Under the pieces are notes generated by a model that saw only the letters and a list, made by a program, of their open reading frames with translations, made no database searches and was not told where the DNA came from. Positions 1 to 9,687 of a stretch of 32,000 nt of DNA are shown here, piece by piece. The translations under genes and the position numbers were made by a program. The first letter of the stretch is position 1. Every line of letters starts with the position of its first letter. Source of the DNA: Dickeya dadantii NCPPB 898 (lineage in GTDB: Bacteria > Pseudomonadota > Gammaproteobacteria > Enterobacterales > Enterobacteriaceae); the NCBI RefSeq assembly GCF_000406145.1, contig NZ_CM001976.1, forward strand, positions 3,293,206-3,325,205, given 5' to 3'.

Positions 1-1173
1 GAGTTCTCCTCATCCGGTCTGGGGCGCGCCTTCTCGGGTGAAAGCGCAATTGCAGACAATGCGACCTCTGGTAGCCGCAACCCGGCGACCATGACGCTGT
101 TTGATCGCCCGGCCTTTTCCGGCGGCGTGACTTACATTAACCCGGATATCGACTTGCGCGGCTCCAGCAGCACCGGCCGCGACGCCAGCGCAGACAATAT
201 TGCGCCGCATGCCTGGGTGCCCAACCTGCATTTCATCATGCCGCTGAACGAGCAGTGGGCGGTTGGCGCCTCCGCCACCACCAACTTCGGGCTGGGGACA
301 GAGTTCAGCGACAATTTCAGCGCCGGTTCCATTGCGGGCAAAACCGACCTGAAAACCTCCAACCTGAATCTGAGCGCGGCCTATCGTCTCAACCAGCATT
401 TCAGCTTTGGTCTGGGCGTCAATGCCGTGTACGCCGATGCCAAATTTGTGCGTAACGCCGGCGAAGTCGGCCCGGTGCTGGGTGTGAGTTCAACATCTGA
501 GATCACCCATATGGATGGCAAAGAATGGGGTTATGGCTGGAACGCCGGTATCCTGTATGAACTGGATAAGAACAACCGCTTCGGCCTGAGTTATCGCTCT
601 AAAGTCGACATCGATTTTGACGGCTCCTTCAGAAACGACCTGGCGGCGCCGCGCGGCACCAGCGGCAACACCATCCCCGCCAGGCTCACGCTCAACCTGC
701 CGGAAATGTGGGAGTTCTCCGCTTACCACCGCGTCGCTCCGCAGTGGGCGGTTCACTATAGCCTGGCCTACACCAGTTGGAGCAGCTTCCAGGAACTACG
801 TGCCACCAACAGCAACGGCCAGCAGTTGTTCCAGAAGGATGAACGCTTCCACGATTCTTACCGCATCGCGCTGGGCACCACTTACTACTACGACGACAAC
901 TGGACTTTCCGCACCGGTATCGCGTTTGACGACAGTCCGGTACCGGCTGACAAACGCACCATCTCCATCCCGGATCAGGATCGTCTCTGGCTGAGCGCCG
1001 GCACCACCTACGCCTTTAACAAAGACGCTTCGGTGGACGTGGGCGTGTCTTATATGCACGGTCAGAAAGTCACCATCAACGAACCGGGCGTTGCGGCTAA
1101 CCTGCCCTCTTACACCTTTACCTCTAAAGGCCGGGCGTGGCTGTACGGCGTGAACTTCAACTACAGTTTCTAA
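1..1173 (+). CDS. fadL: Long-chain fatty acid outer-membrane transporter FadL, 5'-truncated by the window edge
   Basis: Frame 1 is open from nt 1 ([20 protein letters not shown]...[13 protein letters not shown]), so the listed ORF 91..1173 only starts at an internal Met. Collinear with E. coli FadL as I recall it ([55 protein letters not shown]-terminal F). A hairpin terminator follows. Confidence 0.9.
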   Translation, partial: EFSSSGLGRAFSGESAIADNATSGSRNPATMTLFDRPAFSGGVTYINPDIDLRGSSSTGRDASADNIAPHAWVPNLHFIMPLNEQWAVGASATTNFGLGTEFSDNFSAGSIAGKTDLKTSNLNLSAAYRLNQHFSFGLGVNAVYADAKFVRNAGEVGPVLGVSSTSEITHMDGKEWGYGWNAGILYELDKNNRFGLSYRSKVDIDFDGSFRNDLAAPRGTSGNTIPARLTLNLPEMWEFSAYHRVAPQWAVHYSLAYTSWSSFQELRATNSNGQQLFQKDERFHDSYRIALGTTYYYDDNWTFRTGIAFDDSPVPADKRTISIPDQDRLWLSAGTTYAFNKDASVDVGVSYMHGQKVTINEPGVAANLPSYTFTSKGRAWLYGVNFNYSF

Positions 1174-1195
1174 CCTGAACACCCTATCTCTGTTC

Positions 1196-1227
1196 GTAAA
1201 AAAGGCCGCTATCGCGGCCTTTTGTTT
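1196..1227. terminator. Bidirectional intrinsic terminator between convergent fadL and mqo
   Basis: The sequence aaaaaaaGGCCGCtatcGCGGCCttttgttt has a 6-bp GC stem with an A-run on one side and a T-run on the other. It lies in the 85-bp gap between two convergent stop codons. Confidence 0.7.
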
Positions 1228-1258
1228 GATGAGAAGTCGGTGATTTATGCCAGCGGCA

Positions 1259-2830
1259 TTACTCCGGCTTCACTTCCATGTAGTTCAGTTTCAGCGTGCT
1301 ACTGGTGTAGCCGCGGATCTTGTTGGTCAGGTCGATATTGCCTTCCAGTTTCTGGCCGTAAGACGGAACGATCTCCTTCAATTTGGCCTGCCATTCCGGC
1401 GTCGCGACCTTATCCTTGAACACGGTCTGCATCAGGCTCAGCATGATCGGCGCAGCGGTGGACGCACCCGGCGACGCGCCCAGCAGCGCGGCGATGGTAC
1501 CGTCTTTATCGCTGACAATCTCGGTGCCCAGCTTCAGTACGCCGCCCAGCTCTTTGTCTTTCTTGATGATCTGTACGCGTTGACCCGCCACCGCCAGACG
1601 CCAGTCAGACTGTTTGGCCTGCGGGAAGTACTCTTTCAACGCGGCAAAACGATCGTCGTCGTTCATCATCAGCTGGCCGATCAGGTATTTCACCAGATCG
1701 AAATTATCGATCCCCACATTCACCATCGGCATAAAGTTGGAGGTGTTCATGGACGCGAGCAGATCCCACAACGAACCGTTTTTCAGGAATTTGCTGGAGA
1801 AGGTCGCGAACGGCCCGAACAGCAGCGCCGGCTTACCGTTGAAGATACGGGTATCCAGATGCGGTACGGACATCGGCGGCGCGCCAACCGAAGCTTTACC
1901 GTATACCTTGGCGAGATGACGTTTTACGATGTCCTGATTATCGGTGACCAGGAACTCGCCGCCAACCGGGAAGCCGCCATAGTTGTCCGCTTCCGGAATA
2001 CCTGACTTCTGCAGCAGTTGCAGTGCCGCGCCGCCGGCGCCGATGAACACGAATTTGGCTTTGATAGCGCTTTCTTTACCGCCGTTTTTCAGGTCGGCAA
2101 CCACCACGTTCCAGGTTTTGTCCGGATTGCGCTTGATGTCACGCACTTCGTTGCTCAGTTGCAGGTTGAAGGTCGAATGCTGCTTCAACCCGTCCACCAG
2201 TTGGCGGGTGACTTCGCCGTAGTTAACATCGGTGCCGATCGGCATACGGGTAGCGGCAATCTTCTGTTGCGGATCGCGCCCTTCCATCACCAGCGGGATC
2301 CACTGCTTGATCTGATCCGCGTTGTCGGAGAACTCCATGCCGCGAAACAGGGTGCTATGTTGCAGCGCCTGGTAACGTTTGTGCAGGTAATTGACGTTGT
2401 CGTCGCCCCATACGAAACTCATGTGCGGCACGCTGTTGATGAATGACGACGGGTCTTTCATCACATTGTGAGAAATTTGATAAGACCAAAACTGACGGGA
2501 AACTTCGAACGCTTCGCTGATTTCGACCGCCTTGCTGATGTCGATCGAGCCATCGGCTTTTTCCGGCGTGTAGTTCAGTTCCATAAAGGCGGAGTGGCCG
2601 GTGCCGGCGTTATTCCAGCCGTTGGAGCTTTCCTCAGCCACGTTGTCCAGACGCTCGACCATACTGATGGTCCAATTCGGTTCCAGCGCCTGCAGATAGG
2701 TACCCAGCGTGGCGCTCATGACGCCGCCGCCGATCAACACCACATCCACTGCCTTATTTTCTTCCGCCATGACAGGCTGTGCCAGCCCTATGGCGCCCAG
2801 ACACAAGGTGGTAACCAATAGTTTTTTCAT
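1259..2830 (-). CDS. mqo: Malate:quinone oxidoreductase
   Basis: 523-aa ORF with an FAD-binding N-terminus [19 protein letters not shown]. Long identical blocks with E. coli Mqo as recalled ([59 protein letters not shown]). Confidence 0.92.
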   Translation of the reverse strand: MKKLLVTTLCLGAIGLAQPVMAEENKAVDVVLIGGGVMSATLGTYLQALEPNWTISMVERLDNVAEESSNGWNNAGTGHSAFMELNYTPEKADGSIDISKAVEISEAFEVSRQFWSYQISHNVMKDPSSFINSVPHMSFVWGDDNVNYLHKRYQALQHSTLFRGMEFSDNADQIKQWIPLVMEGRDPQQKIAATRMPIGTDVNYGEVTRQLVDGLKQHSTFNLQLSNEVRDIKRNPDKTWNVVVADLKNGGKESAIKAKFVFIGAGGAALQLLQKSGIPEADNYGGFPVGGEFLVTDNQDIVKRHLAKVYGKASVGAPPMSVPHLDTRIFNGKPALLFGPFATFSSKFLKNGSLWDLLASMNTSNFMPMVNVGIDNFDLVKYLIGQLMMNDDDRFAALKEYFPQAKQSDWRLAVAGQRVQIIKKDKELGGVLKLGTEIVSDKDGTIAALLGASPGASTAAPIMLSLMQTVFKDKVATPEWQAKLKEIVPSYGQKLEGNIDLTNKIRGYTSSTLKLNYMEVKPE

Positions 2831-3206
2831 ATTTATGTCCCGTTATGTCAATGTGTCATCCCTGCAGGTGAACAAGGGTGATTCCAGATTAGCGAGATAA
2901 CGATGCAGGAACGATGAGCCATGAGAAACACGGCGCCAACCCTATAGCAGGTGCACGGCAACGCCTTTGTCTATTTCAGCATAGAGCAGAAATGGCTGAC
3001 GGCAGGCGGAGATAAGAGCACATGACGCAATACGTGGATTGCCTGCTCAGGGCTGCTGAATCGTTACCCTCTCTAACCGGCTGTTATTATTGTTACATAA
3101 GCGGTGGAAATAAATTTATGTAATTAAATAAACGCTCAACAACAATATAACGTTTCACAAACAATCAGTTTGATGAGTTTCTGGTGGGCAGATAACAAGG
3201 TGGGTG

Positions 3207-3229
3207 AAAAAAGGCGCCCGCAGGCGCCT
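3207..3229 (-). terminator. Intrinsic terminator of mlaA
   Basis: The minus strand reads AGGCGCCtgcgGGCGCCTTTTTT about 20 nt after the mlaA stop. This is a 7-bp GC stem followed by a T6 run. Confidence 0.75.
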
Positions 3230-3248
3230 GTCAATGCTGAAAGAATAC

Positions 3249-4010
3249 TTATTTATCTGAATCGATCTCGTCCAGGCTGCCTTCAATCGCTTTGGCATTC
3301 GGATTAGCCGCCGGGGTGTATTTACCGTCGCTAGCCAGGAAGTCATGCCGCTGGAAATAGGCATCGCGCACCATCAGGTAAGGGTCGGACGAATTATGCA
3401 GCAGCGCGTCGGAATCCAACAGACGGGCGCGAGTTTCCAACCCTTCCACCGCCCACTTGCCGGCGGACATCACGAAAGTGAGATAACTCAACGGCGGATA
3501 AAGCGTATCCACGACCCCGCCGCCGTCTTCACGCAGCGTGGCGCTGCCGTAGCCCGGCAACACCAGATAAGGCCCGTAACCCACACCGTAATGCCCCAGC
3601 GTACTGCCGAAACGATGCGGCTCTCCTTTCGCCAGTTTGGGGTTCGCCATTGACGCGACGTCGATCAGGCCGCCCATCCCCAGCAAGGTATTAAGGAAAA
3701 AACGGTTGAAGTGAATCATCGCCTGATAAGGTTTGCCCTCGGCGAAATAGTTCACCATGGTGGCGGGTTCGGACAGGTTGACGAAGAAATTGGTCAAACC
3801 ATTGCGCGCCGGTTGCGGCATGTAATCACGCCAGACCACCGCCGCCGGACGCACCACATACGGATCCAGCACGTTGTAGTTGAAACCGAACATAGTGCGG
3901 TTGAATCCTTCCAGCGGATCCGAACGCTGCTCAGGCGCTGAGGTTTTAGAGCTGGCACAGCCGGCAAGCAATGCGCTCGCCAGTACCACACCACCCAGAC
4001 GAAAATTCAT
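3249..4010 (-). CDS. mlaA: Outer-membrane lipoprotein MlaA (VacJ), phospholipid asymmetry maintenance
   Basis: 253-aa ORF with a lipoprotein signal peptide and lipobox LLAGC|AS. Blocks match E. coli MlaA as recalled (SDPLEGFNRTM, PQPARNGL, EPHRFGSTLGHYGVGYGPY, SSDPY.MVR.AYFQRHDF). Confidence 0.9.
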   Translation of the reverse strand: MNFRLGGVVLASALLAGCASSKTSAPEQRSDPLEGFNRTMFGFNYNVLDPYVVRPAAVVWRDYMPQPARNGLTNFFVNLSEPATMVNYFAEGKPYQAMIHFNRFFLNTLLGMGGLIDVASMANPKLAKGEPHRFGSTLGHYGVGYGPYLVLPGYGSATLREDGGGVVDTLYPPLSYLTFVMSAGKWAVEGLETRARLLDSDALLHNSSDPYLMVRDAYFQRHDFLASDGKYTPAANPNAKAIEGSLDEIDSDK

Positions 4011-4466
4011 AACGTATCTCCCTGCTGAACTTTCATGCAGTCCGCACGACCTGCCATCGGGCCGTCAGCGCACAAGGCCACATGTTATCATCTTAATACA
4101 CCGGGCTTTGGTTTGCCCGTGCCGCCGGTGGCGGTCTATCGGAAAAATGGCGATCGTTTAATAGCGACGCCAGCAGTGACGCCTCTCCCGTAGGCGCTTC
4201 GGAATCGTCCGGTTCATGCCGGATACCCTTGCACGGGAAACAACCGCCGTCGCATCGGCTGACGCAACGGTCAACATTGGAGGATGCGGATCCTGCGTCA
4301 GGCGCCGGTATAATTCCAGCGCCAATTGTGCGATCGCAACCAAATTCAATGATTTGCGTAGCCCGTCACTCATTTGTCCGACGGTTAGCGTAGCGAAAGA
4401 TACCACGATTAAGCCCGGTATTCAGGCCGAAACTGGTGGCGGATTGAGCAAACGAACCGGCAAGTG

Positions 4467-4495
4467 CTTATGGCGACAGCCAAATCGGTTATAAT
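4467..4495 (+). promoter_or_regulatory. Candidate sigma70 promoter of the tRNA-Arg gene
   Basis: A perfect TATAAT at 4490-4495 is followed by the GC-rich discriminator gcggcgcc, typical of stable-RNA promoters. It sits ~15 nt upstream of the mature tRNA 5' end. The -35 is weak (cttatg/ttatgg). Confidence 0.4.
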
Positions 4496-4509
4496 GCGGC
4501 GCCAGCGCA

Positions 4510-4584
4510 GTCCCCATAGTTAAATGGATATAACAAGCCCCTCCTAAGGGCTAGTTGCAGGTTCGATCCCTGCTGGGGACGCCA
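4510..4584 (+). tRNA. argW: tRNA-Arg (anticodon CCU)
   Basis: 75-nt GTCCCCATAGTTAAATGGATATAACAAGCCCCTCCTAAGGGCTAGTTGCAGGTTCGATCCCTGCTGGGGACGCCA. The acceptor stem is 7 bp (GTCCCCA/TGGGGAC), the anticodon loop is CT-CCT-AA, the T-arm is GGTTCGATCC, and CCA is encoded. Near-identical to E. coli argW as recalled. Confidence 0.92.
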
Positions 4585-4847
4585 GTCAATTCAAAAAATA
4601 ATATAAAAAAGATAGGTATCTTTCATCCCCACAACGACTCGTTAATCAGCATATTCCGCCAGTTACAGCCAGACATTTCGTCTGCAATCATAAGCCCATC
4701 CACCCTCCCTGACTCCGCCACTAGCGTTCGTAGCACACGGTCTATGCCAGAAACGGTTTGCGCTATATAGCCATATAGAGGAAACACCAAACGACATGCA
4801 GTACATGTCGCAACAATGATGAAACAAGGATTGAGGGAATTACAGAT

Positions 4848-4869
4848 GGCCGGGCCACCCGGCCCGGCC
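4848..4869 (-). terminator. Hairpin just downstream of the NLP gene stop (probable terminator)
   Basis: GGCCGGGCCacccGGCCCGGCC forms a perfect 9-bp GC stem starting 8 nt after the stop codon. The downstream U-tract on the minus strand is weak (aucuguaauu). Confidence 0.45.
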
Positions 4870-4876
4870 TGAGGCA

Positions 4877-5668
4877 TTATTTAGAACTGTCCACGCTGGC
4901 CTGCGTGAAGTTCGGGTAATCACCCGGTTTGCCGTTGTTCAGGTTAGACAGGAAATTACCGTCCTTCATCGGGATATCCGCCGATTCGTAGTTGAACGTG
5001 TTCATCTTGTTGCGCATGTCCTGATTGCTGACGCCATCGCCATGCACCGAGTACCAGCTGACAATATCCGGCGTGACGAAGGTGTTGTAGGGGTTTTCCG
5101 CCTGTTCGCCCGATTTGGCGAAACGGAAAGCGTGGGTCAGCGCGCCATCTTTATGGTAAACAAACTTCAGATGCCCATTTTGTTTATCGAGACTGGAGGC
5201 GGCAGCCGTCGTCAGCTTACCGTGAGCGCTGTAGCTGCCGTGTGTCACGGCGCCGTTTTTGGTCCAGACCGCCGCATATTCCCAGTCGTGGCGGTGGCCG
5301 CTCTTGATGCCGGCCGCAATTTGATCTTTCAGGAAATAGAGCGCGTAAAAGTGGCCGCAATAACGGTTGCCGCCGTTATTGACGCAGGCGTAACGGTGCA
5401 ACGTGTTGGATTTGTCCAGAAAAGTGGACCAGCGGCAACCGCCAGTCAGGCTGCCGGTCGGGTTAAGGCCGCCATTCTGCTTGCCGCTGCGACTAATTCC
5501 GGCGCTGGGCAGACAACCATCGGTATCGAAATCGAATACCGGCGCAATCGATGCAGCATTGACGCCGGAAGGCAACGCCTGATCCAGTTTGTCAAAATCA
5601 TCGGCGTGAGCCGCAAACGCAATCCAGAGGGGGAATGTTGCCAGTACAGCTGTCTTCTTTAAAAACAT
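4877..5668 (-). CDS. nipE: Nep1-like protein (NLP / NPP1 family) necrosis-inducing toxin, secreted
   Basis: 263-aa ORF with the diagnostic NLP heptapeptide GHRHDWE (in ...IKSGHRHDWEYAAVW...). Signal peptide MFLKKTAVLATFPLWIAFAAHA|DD. Four Cys (DGC, GGC, YAC, YCG), as in the two-disulfide bacterial NLP type. Good SD (AGGAG) upstream. The symbol follows Dickeya usage and is recalled from memory. Confidence 0.9.
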   Translation of the reverse strand: MFLKKTAVLATFPLWIAFAAHADDFDKLDQALPSGVNAASIAPVFDFDTDGCLPSAGISRSGKQNGGLNPTGSLTGGCRWSTFLDKSNTLHRYACVNNGGNRYCGHFYALYFLKDQIAAGIKSGHRHDWEYAAVWTKNGAVTHGSYSAHGKLTTAAASSLDKQNGHLKFVYHKDGALTHAFRFAKSGEQAENPYNTFVTPDIVSWYSVHGDGVSNQDMRNKMNTFNYESADIPMKDGNFLSNLNNGKPGDYPNFTQASVDSSK

Positions 5669-6702
5669 ATCATCTCCTGTTTCTGTTTTACTTAATTAGG
5701 CGTCATGCCTGTAAGTGCTTTTTTAAAAGCAAAGAAAAGGGGGTGATCATATTAATCACCACAATAATCACACACCCGGATTACAACTGTGAATAAACGC
5801 CAACTCGAACATCTGGCTGGTCGGAAGTCATCATAACTGTTTCTGAAGTCAGTATTCAATCCTTAGCCAGAGTAGATTTCCTTTATTCAGGATATAAATA
5901 CCACCACCGTTATTCCGTTTAAAAAAACAAGCCAATGAATTGTGACGATATAAAATCATCACCCATGAGGGATAATATTCTTTGCCATCTATTTATTCTC
6001 CTCTTGGTTTGCCATACAAGAAACTATTTTAGGAAACCAACCACCTTTTCATTATAGAGAAAAACGTGCAAATCCAGAATAAATCACGCCATAAGACTCC
6101 AATTAAACTCCAAAAAAATCATTATAATCTCTGGCGTTAATTACCCAGCACCAGGTATTATCGCGGCTTTCATCAAAAGGTTTATGGCACTTGCCATTGT
6201 TATCAATAAAATACATCTGGCGATTTCCACTTAATGCCGATGATGAAGAAAAAAAATTTTTGTCATCCCGATGATATAAAACCGTCATAAATATCAGCTA
6301 TACATAAAGACATTACTGACCGTGATAGAAACATATATCTAAAATAAATAAAAATACATTATAAAAAGAGGTTTTTTCCATTTCATAAAAAGATAATTAA
6401 CTCCATGGCGACAATATCCTTCGTGTGACATTTCTCCGCATTCATTATGAGTTTCCTTTGTTTTTATTGATGATGCGGCATGGCATTTGCCATTTCAACA
6501 GACTACGGTCGTTGTAGTGAGATCGTTTTCATTACGATTCCCGCTACTTCCCTTTGCGCACCGATTCGTGACAGTTCTTAAAAAAGTGCGTACAAATAAA
6601 ACCAGCATATTTACTCCCCGATATATTCCTGCTTCGATACCACTACCGCACTATTTCAGTTCGGCTCACTCGGTTTGCTCCAACAAGAACAAAGGAAAAC
6701 CC

Positions 6703-7512
6703 ATGAAAAAGCTGACTTTCAGCGCCAGCACCCTGATAACAGCGTTGGCGTTAACCGGCTGTACCATGCCCGCGCCCCAGGATGCCCAGACCGCGCTCTC
6801 CAACCAGTCGGTGCTGGCTCTGAACTGGTTCCAGCAGTCGGGTGAATATCAGGCGTTATGCTATCAGGCGTTCAACACCGCGCGGATGGCATTCGACGCC
6901 GCGCCGGTTAAACCGGGCAAGAAAAAGACGGTGGTGGTTGATATTGACGAAACCATGCTGGACAACAGCGCCTACAGCGGCTGGCAAGCCAAAGAACATA
7001 AGTCATTCAGCCCGATCAGCTGGAACCGCTGGTCCCAGGCTCGTCAGGCGCTTGCCGTACCGGGCGCAGTGGAGTTCGCCCGCTATGTCAACAGTCACGG
7101 CGGCCAGGTGTTTTATGTGTCCAACCGACTGGTTATCGAAGCGAGCGATACGCGCGACAACCTGGTCAAACTCGGTTTTCCGGACGTGAACGACCAGACG
7201 CTGCGATTAAGCAAGGGCAACAGCAACAAGCAGGCACGCTTTGATGATATCGCTGCTCAGGGTAATGACATTGTGTTGTACGTGGGAGACAACCTGAATG
7301 ACTTCGGCGCGGCGACTTACCACAAGGACAATACGGCGCGTCGGGCATTCGTCAGCAATAATCAGGCGAAATTCGGCACGCAGTTCATCGTATTGCCTAA
7401 CCCGCTTTACGGCGACTGGGAAAGCGGCCTCAGCAGCGACTACAACAGGCTGACGTCGGCACAAAAATTACAGGTGCGCGACCAACAGATTCGCGCCTGG
7501 AACGGGCAGTAA
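6703..7512 (+). CDS. 5'-nucleotidase / class C acid phosphatase, lipoprotein e(P4) family (HAD superfamily)
   Basis: The real start is Met73 of the listed ORF (ATG 6703, preceded by AGGA at 6693-6696). This gives MKKLTFSASTLITALALTGC with lipobox LTGC. Near-collinear with H. influenzae e(P4)/Hel as recalled (LNW.Q.SGEY.AL.YQA.N.A..AFD, VVVDIDETMLDNS, AVPGAVEF..YVNSHGG.VFYV.NR, IVLYVGDNL.DFG, RRAFV..NQ.KFG..FI.LPN). Confidence 0.88.
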   Translation: MKKLTFSASTLITALALTGCTMPAPQDAQTALSNQSVLALNWFQQSGEYQALCYQAFNTARMAFDAAPVKPGKKKTVVVDIDETMLDNSAYSGWQAKEHKSFSPISWNRWSQARQALAVPGAVEFARYVNSHGGQVFYVSNRLVIEASDTRDNLVKLGFPDVNDQTLRLSKGNSNKQARFDDIAAQGNDIVLYVGDNLNDFGAATYHKDNTARRAFVSNNQAKFGTQFIVLPNPLYGDWESGLSSDYNRLTSAQKLQVRDQQIRAWNGQ

Positions 7513-7590
7513 CCCACGGCGTTAACCACCGTTTATCACGCGAAAAACGTGGAGAGGAGCGCCGCCGCGTAGGCAGCTCGAAGGGATTGA

Positions 7591-7620
7591 AAACGGGGCT
7601 TTCGCCCCGTTATTTCATTC
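7591..7620. terminator. Bidirectional terminator between the phosphatase gene and the convergent protease-family gene
   Basis: The sequence aAACGGGGCtttcGCCCCGTTatttcattc has an 8-bp stem, an A-rich 5' flank and a T-rich 3' flank. It lies between convergent stops at 7512 and 7654. Confidence 0.7.
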
Positions 7621-7653
7621 TGAAATTAGCGTGAATACCGTTCCATCCAGCAC

Positions 7654-8244
7654 TTATTTAGCATAAGCCGGACGTTCGGTAATTTCCGGCACCGCCTCAG
7701 TCAGGTTGGCGCCAGCCTGGGCGTCACGCAGTTCCGCGTTGTTGAGATAGCCATAGAAAACCCCACGCGCTACCGACATATTCGCCTCCTGCGCATCAAT
7801 ATCCCCGCGCAGTTGGGCATCACCCGACACCACCAACCCCGGAACAGTCAGGCCCAGCGACCAGAACGCCGTATTCACCTGCGCATTGTCCTTAATCGCC
7901 GTATTATTCTGAATGATCGTCAGACCGCTGACGCGGGCGTTATCCGATACCGTACCATCCAGCACGATTGCATGGTCTTCAATGCGGGCGTTACCCAGCA
8001 CCTTGCCGCCCAGCACTTTGGCGTACGGCCCGACATAGGCAGTGTCGTCCACCTGCGCGCCATCGGCCACCCAGCCGCCGCCGTTACGATGACGACGTCC
8101 ATTGGCGGTCGGCGTCGGCGCGTTCGGCTGGCTGCCGTCCGCCCAGGCGTTTGTCAGATCCACCGTCCACGGATAGCGATATACCCCGTAGTAAGCCTGA
8201 TCCCATTTGATTTTGTGCATTTCCGTCGGTGTACCCATCACCAC
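7654..8244 (-). pseudogene. C-terminal (beta-helix-like) fragment of the distal AvrXca/Svx/AvrL-family paralogue, out of frame with 8258..9547
   Basis: The 196-aa ORF aligns end to end with the last ~195 aa of the intact neighbour 9688..11544 (VVMG.P..MH.I.WDQAYY..YRYPWTVDLTNAWA.GSQPNAPTPTANGRRH.NGGGWVA.GA ... VPE.TERPAYA). It has no signal peptide and no credible own RBS. Confidence 0.75.
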
Positions 8245-8257
8245 CAGATAAACGTTT

Positions 8258-9547
8258 TCACCTTTTTTTGATGGAGAAATTATTAACGGAGGCGCTGGCG
8301 CCGCGTTGCAACGCGCTGTAACGCGCCTTACCGGACGCGTTCACCGCCACCACACCCCAACGCCAGTCGGAATCCGGCGATTGCAGCGTGGCCGGGTCGT
8401 TTTTCAGGCCGGGGAAGCGATTGACCGCCGCCACGGTTTGTACCGCACCGTTGAATTTCACGCTGATACGGCTGGCGCCGTTATCCGGGATTAACCGCAC
8501 CACGTTGTAGCCCCAGCGCTGCGGCGCCTGCTCGAACAGTACGCCAAAACGCCGCGCGCCGGCGGTATTGCTGACAGGATCCAGCGTGGCGGTACGTAGC
8601 AGACGGTATGATAAGCCGCTATCGAGAGACTGCGTCTCGTAACCGCCCAGAATACGGCGATAGACCGCCCCCTGATTGTAGCCGTCCGGGTCGGTGTAGT
8701 CCCAGCCGACATTACGCAACGCCCAGTCGCCGAAGAAATCGTTCAACTCGGACTGACTCCAGCCCATGTTGCTTTTCAGTACCGAGAACGGATCCGCCGT
8801 CCCCTGCTCCGGATCGCCCGCTTTCGGCGCTTTTGCCCACAGGTCGTTCACCGCCTGGTAACCGTAACGATTTTTCAGGTTTTCCAGGAACAGCCAGCCG
8901 CCATAGCGAGTGCGCGTGGTGCCAAGATACAGATGAGGGGTATTAATCGCCTCTTCCACGCTGCCGGTCAGGTTGTGGTGGATGTTATCCATCTGATGGG
9001 TCATCCAGTCGGCGTGGGCTTCCCAGAACCAGCCCATATAGTTGATGCTGCCCGGCGCGGTAGCCTGGAAACCACCGGTCTGCCCCTGCAAGGCATGCGC
9101 CAGTTCATGCGGCATCGCCCAATTGATCGACCAGTCGTTTTTCAGTTCTTCCGTGCCGATCCACATTCCCATGCTGCCGTTGGGCGCCAGGCCGCCGGTC
9201 AGCGCAAATGAAGGGTCAAGATGGACATTCGCCTTGAGTTTCACCTTGCTGTTGCAATAGGGTTCGGGAAATTTGATCTGGTTGATGTACTTGTCCCAGG
9301 CCAGCTCCAGCCGTTTCGCTGAGGCCTCGACATCTTTTATGTTCAGTTTGCCGGCGTCGCTGTCTTTCCAGCGAAAGACAAAATGCGCGCTCTGGTATTT
9401 CACCGCTGGCATGTCGGTGACAGAGGCATCTGCCTGCCAGTTGCCCGCAACGCAGGTCTCATCGGCGAATGCCGGGGCAAGCGTGAATAAGCCGCCGATA
9501 ATCAACGCGCTTTTGACCATCCTGGTCACAGTCCTTATTTGTGTCAT
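8258..9547 (-). pseudogene. N-terminal (signal peptide + HExxH metalloprotease) fragment of the distal AvrXca/Svx/AvrL-family paralogue, ending prematurely after an A7 run
   Basis: The 429-aa ORF is collinear with residues ~27-455 of the neighbour. Shared blocks: MTQIR.., AFA|DETCVAGNW, HELAHALQGQTGGF, WFWEAHADWM, SVLKSNMGWSQSELNDFFGDWA. It stops at ..NNFSIKKR*. Removing one A from the run at 8263-8269 reads on as ..NFSIKKGENVYLVVMGTP.., which matches ..NFAVKSNDKGLYLVVMGSP.. in the intact copy. Confidence 0.75.
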
Positions 9548-9630
9548 GTTTCGTCCTTTACTCTTCCTTTTTATGCCTCATACCCGTCAGCACGTAGTTT
9601 CCTGTCACGTTTAGTGTATGAGTTCCCTAT

Positions 9631-9660
9631 GAAAAGGAGGTGGCCCACGCCCCTCCTTTC
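9631..9660 (-). terminator. Probable terminator of the proximal protease-family gene
   Basis: The minus strand reads GAAAGGAGGggcgtgggccaCCTCCTTTTC ~28 nt after the stop at 9688. This is an 8-9 bp stem followed by a short T-run, and it separates the two paralogues into distinct transcription units. Confidence 0.5.
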
Positions 9661-9687
9661 CATGCTACTGGCTTATTCAGCCGGTTA

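Noticed and set aside
1247-2005. 252-aa plus-strand ORF opposite mqo, and similarly 5042..5662 opposite the NLP gene
   Set aside because: Both are antisense to CDSs with strong family-specific motifs. They have no start context and no motifs of their own.
4158-4494. 82-aa (minus) and 92-aa (plus) ORFs in the mlaA-argW spacer
   Set aside because: They overlap each other on opposite strands, lack SD sequences and have Arg-rich tails. The plus-strand ORF would run through the tRNA promoter. They are not reported as genes.
6103-6288. 61-aa minus-strand ORF in the AT-rich spacer
   Set aside because: It has no SD before the first ATG, is Asn/Asp/Phe-biased as expected from AT-rich DNA, and has no recognisable motif. 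It is kept only as a note under the spacer finding.
6487-6702. 72-codon N-terminal extension of the e(P4) phosphatase ORF (listed TTG start at 6487)
   Set aside because: The extension lies in AT-rich upstream DNA and precedes a canonical SD + ATG + lipoprotein signal peptide at 6703, which aligns with the start of H. influenzae e(P4).
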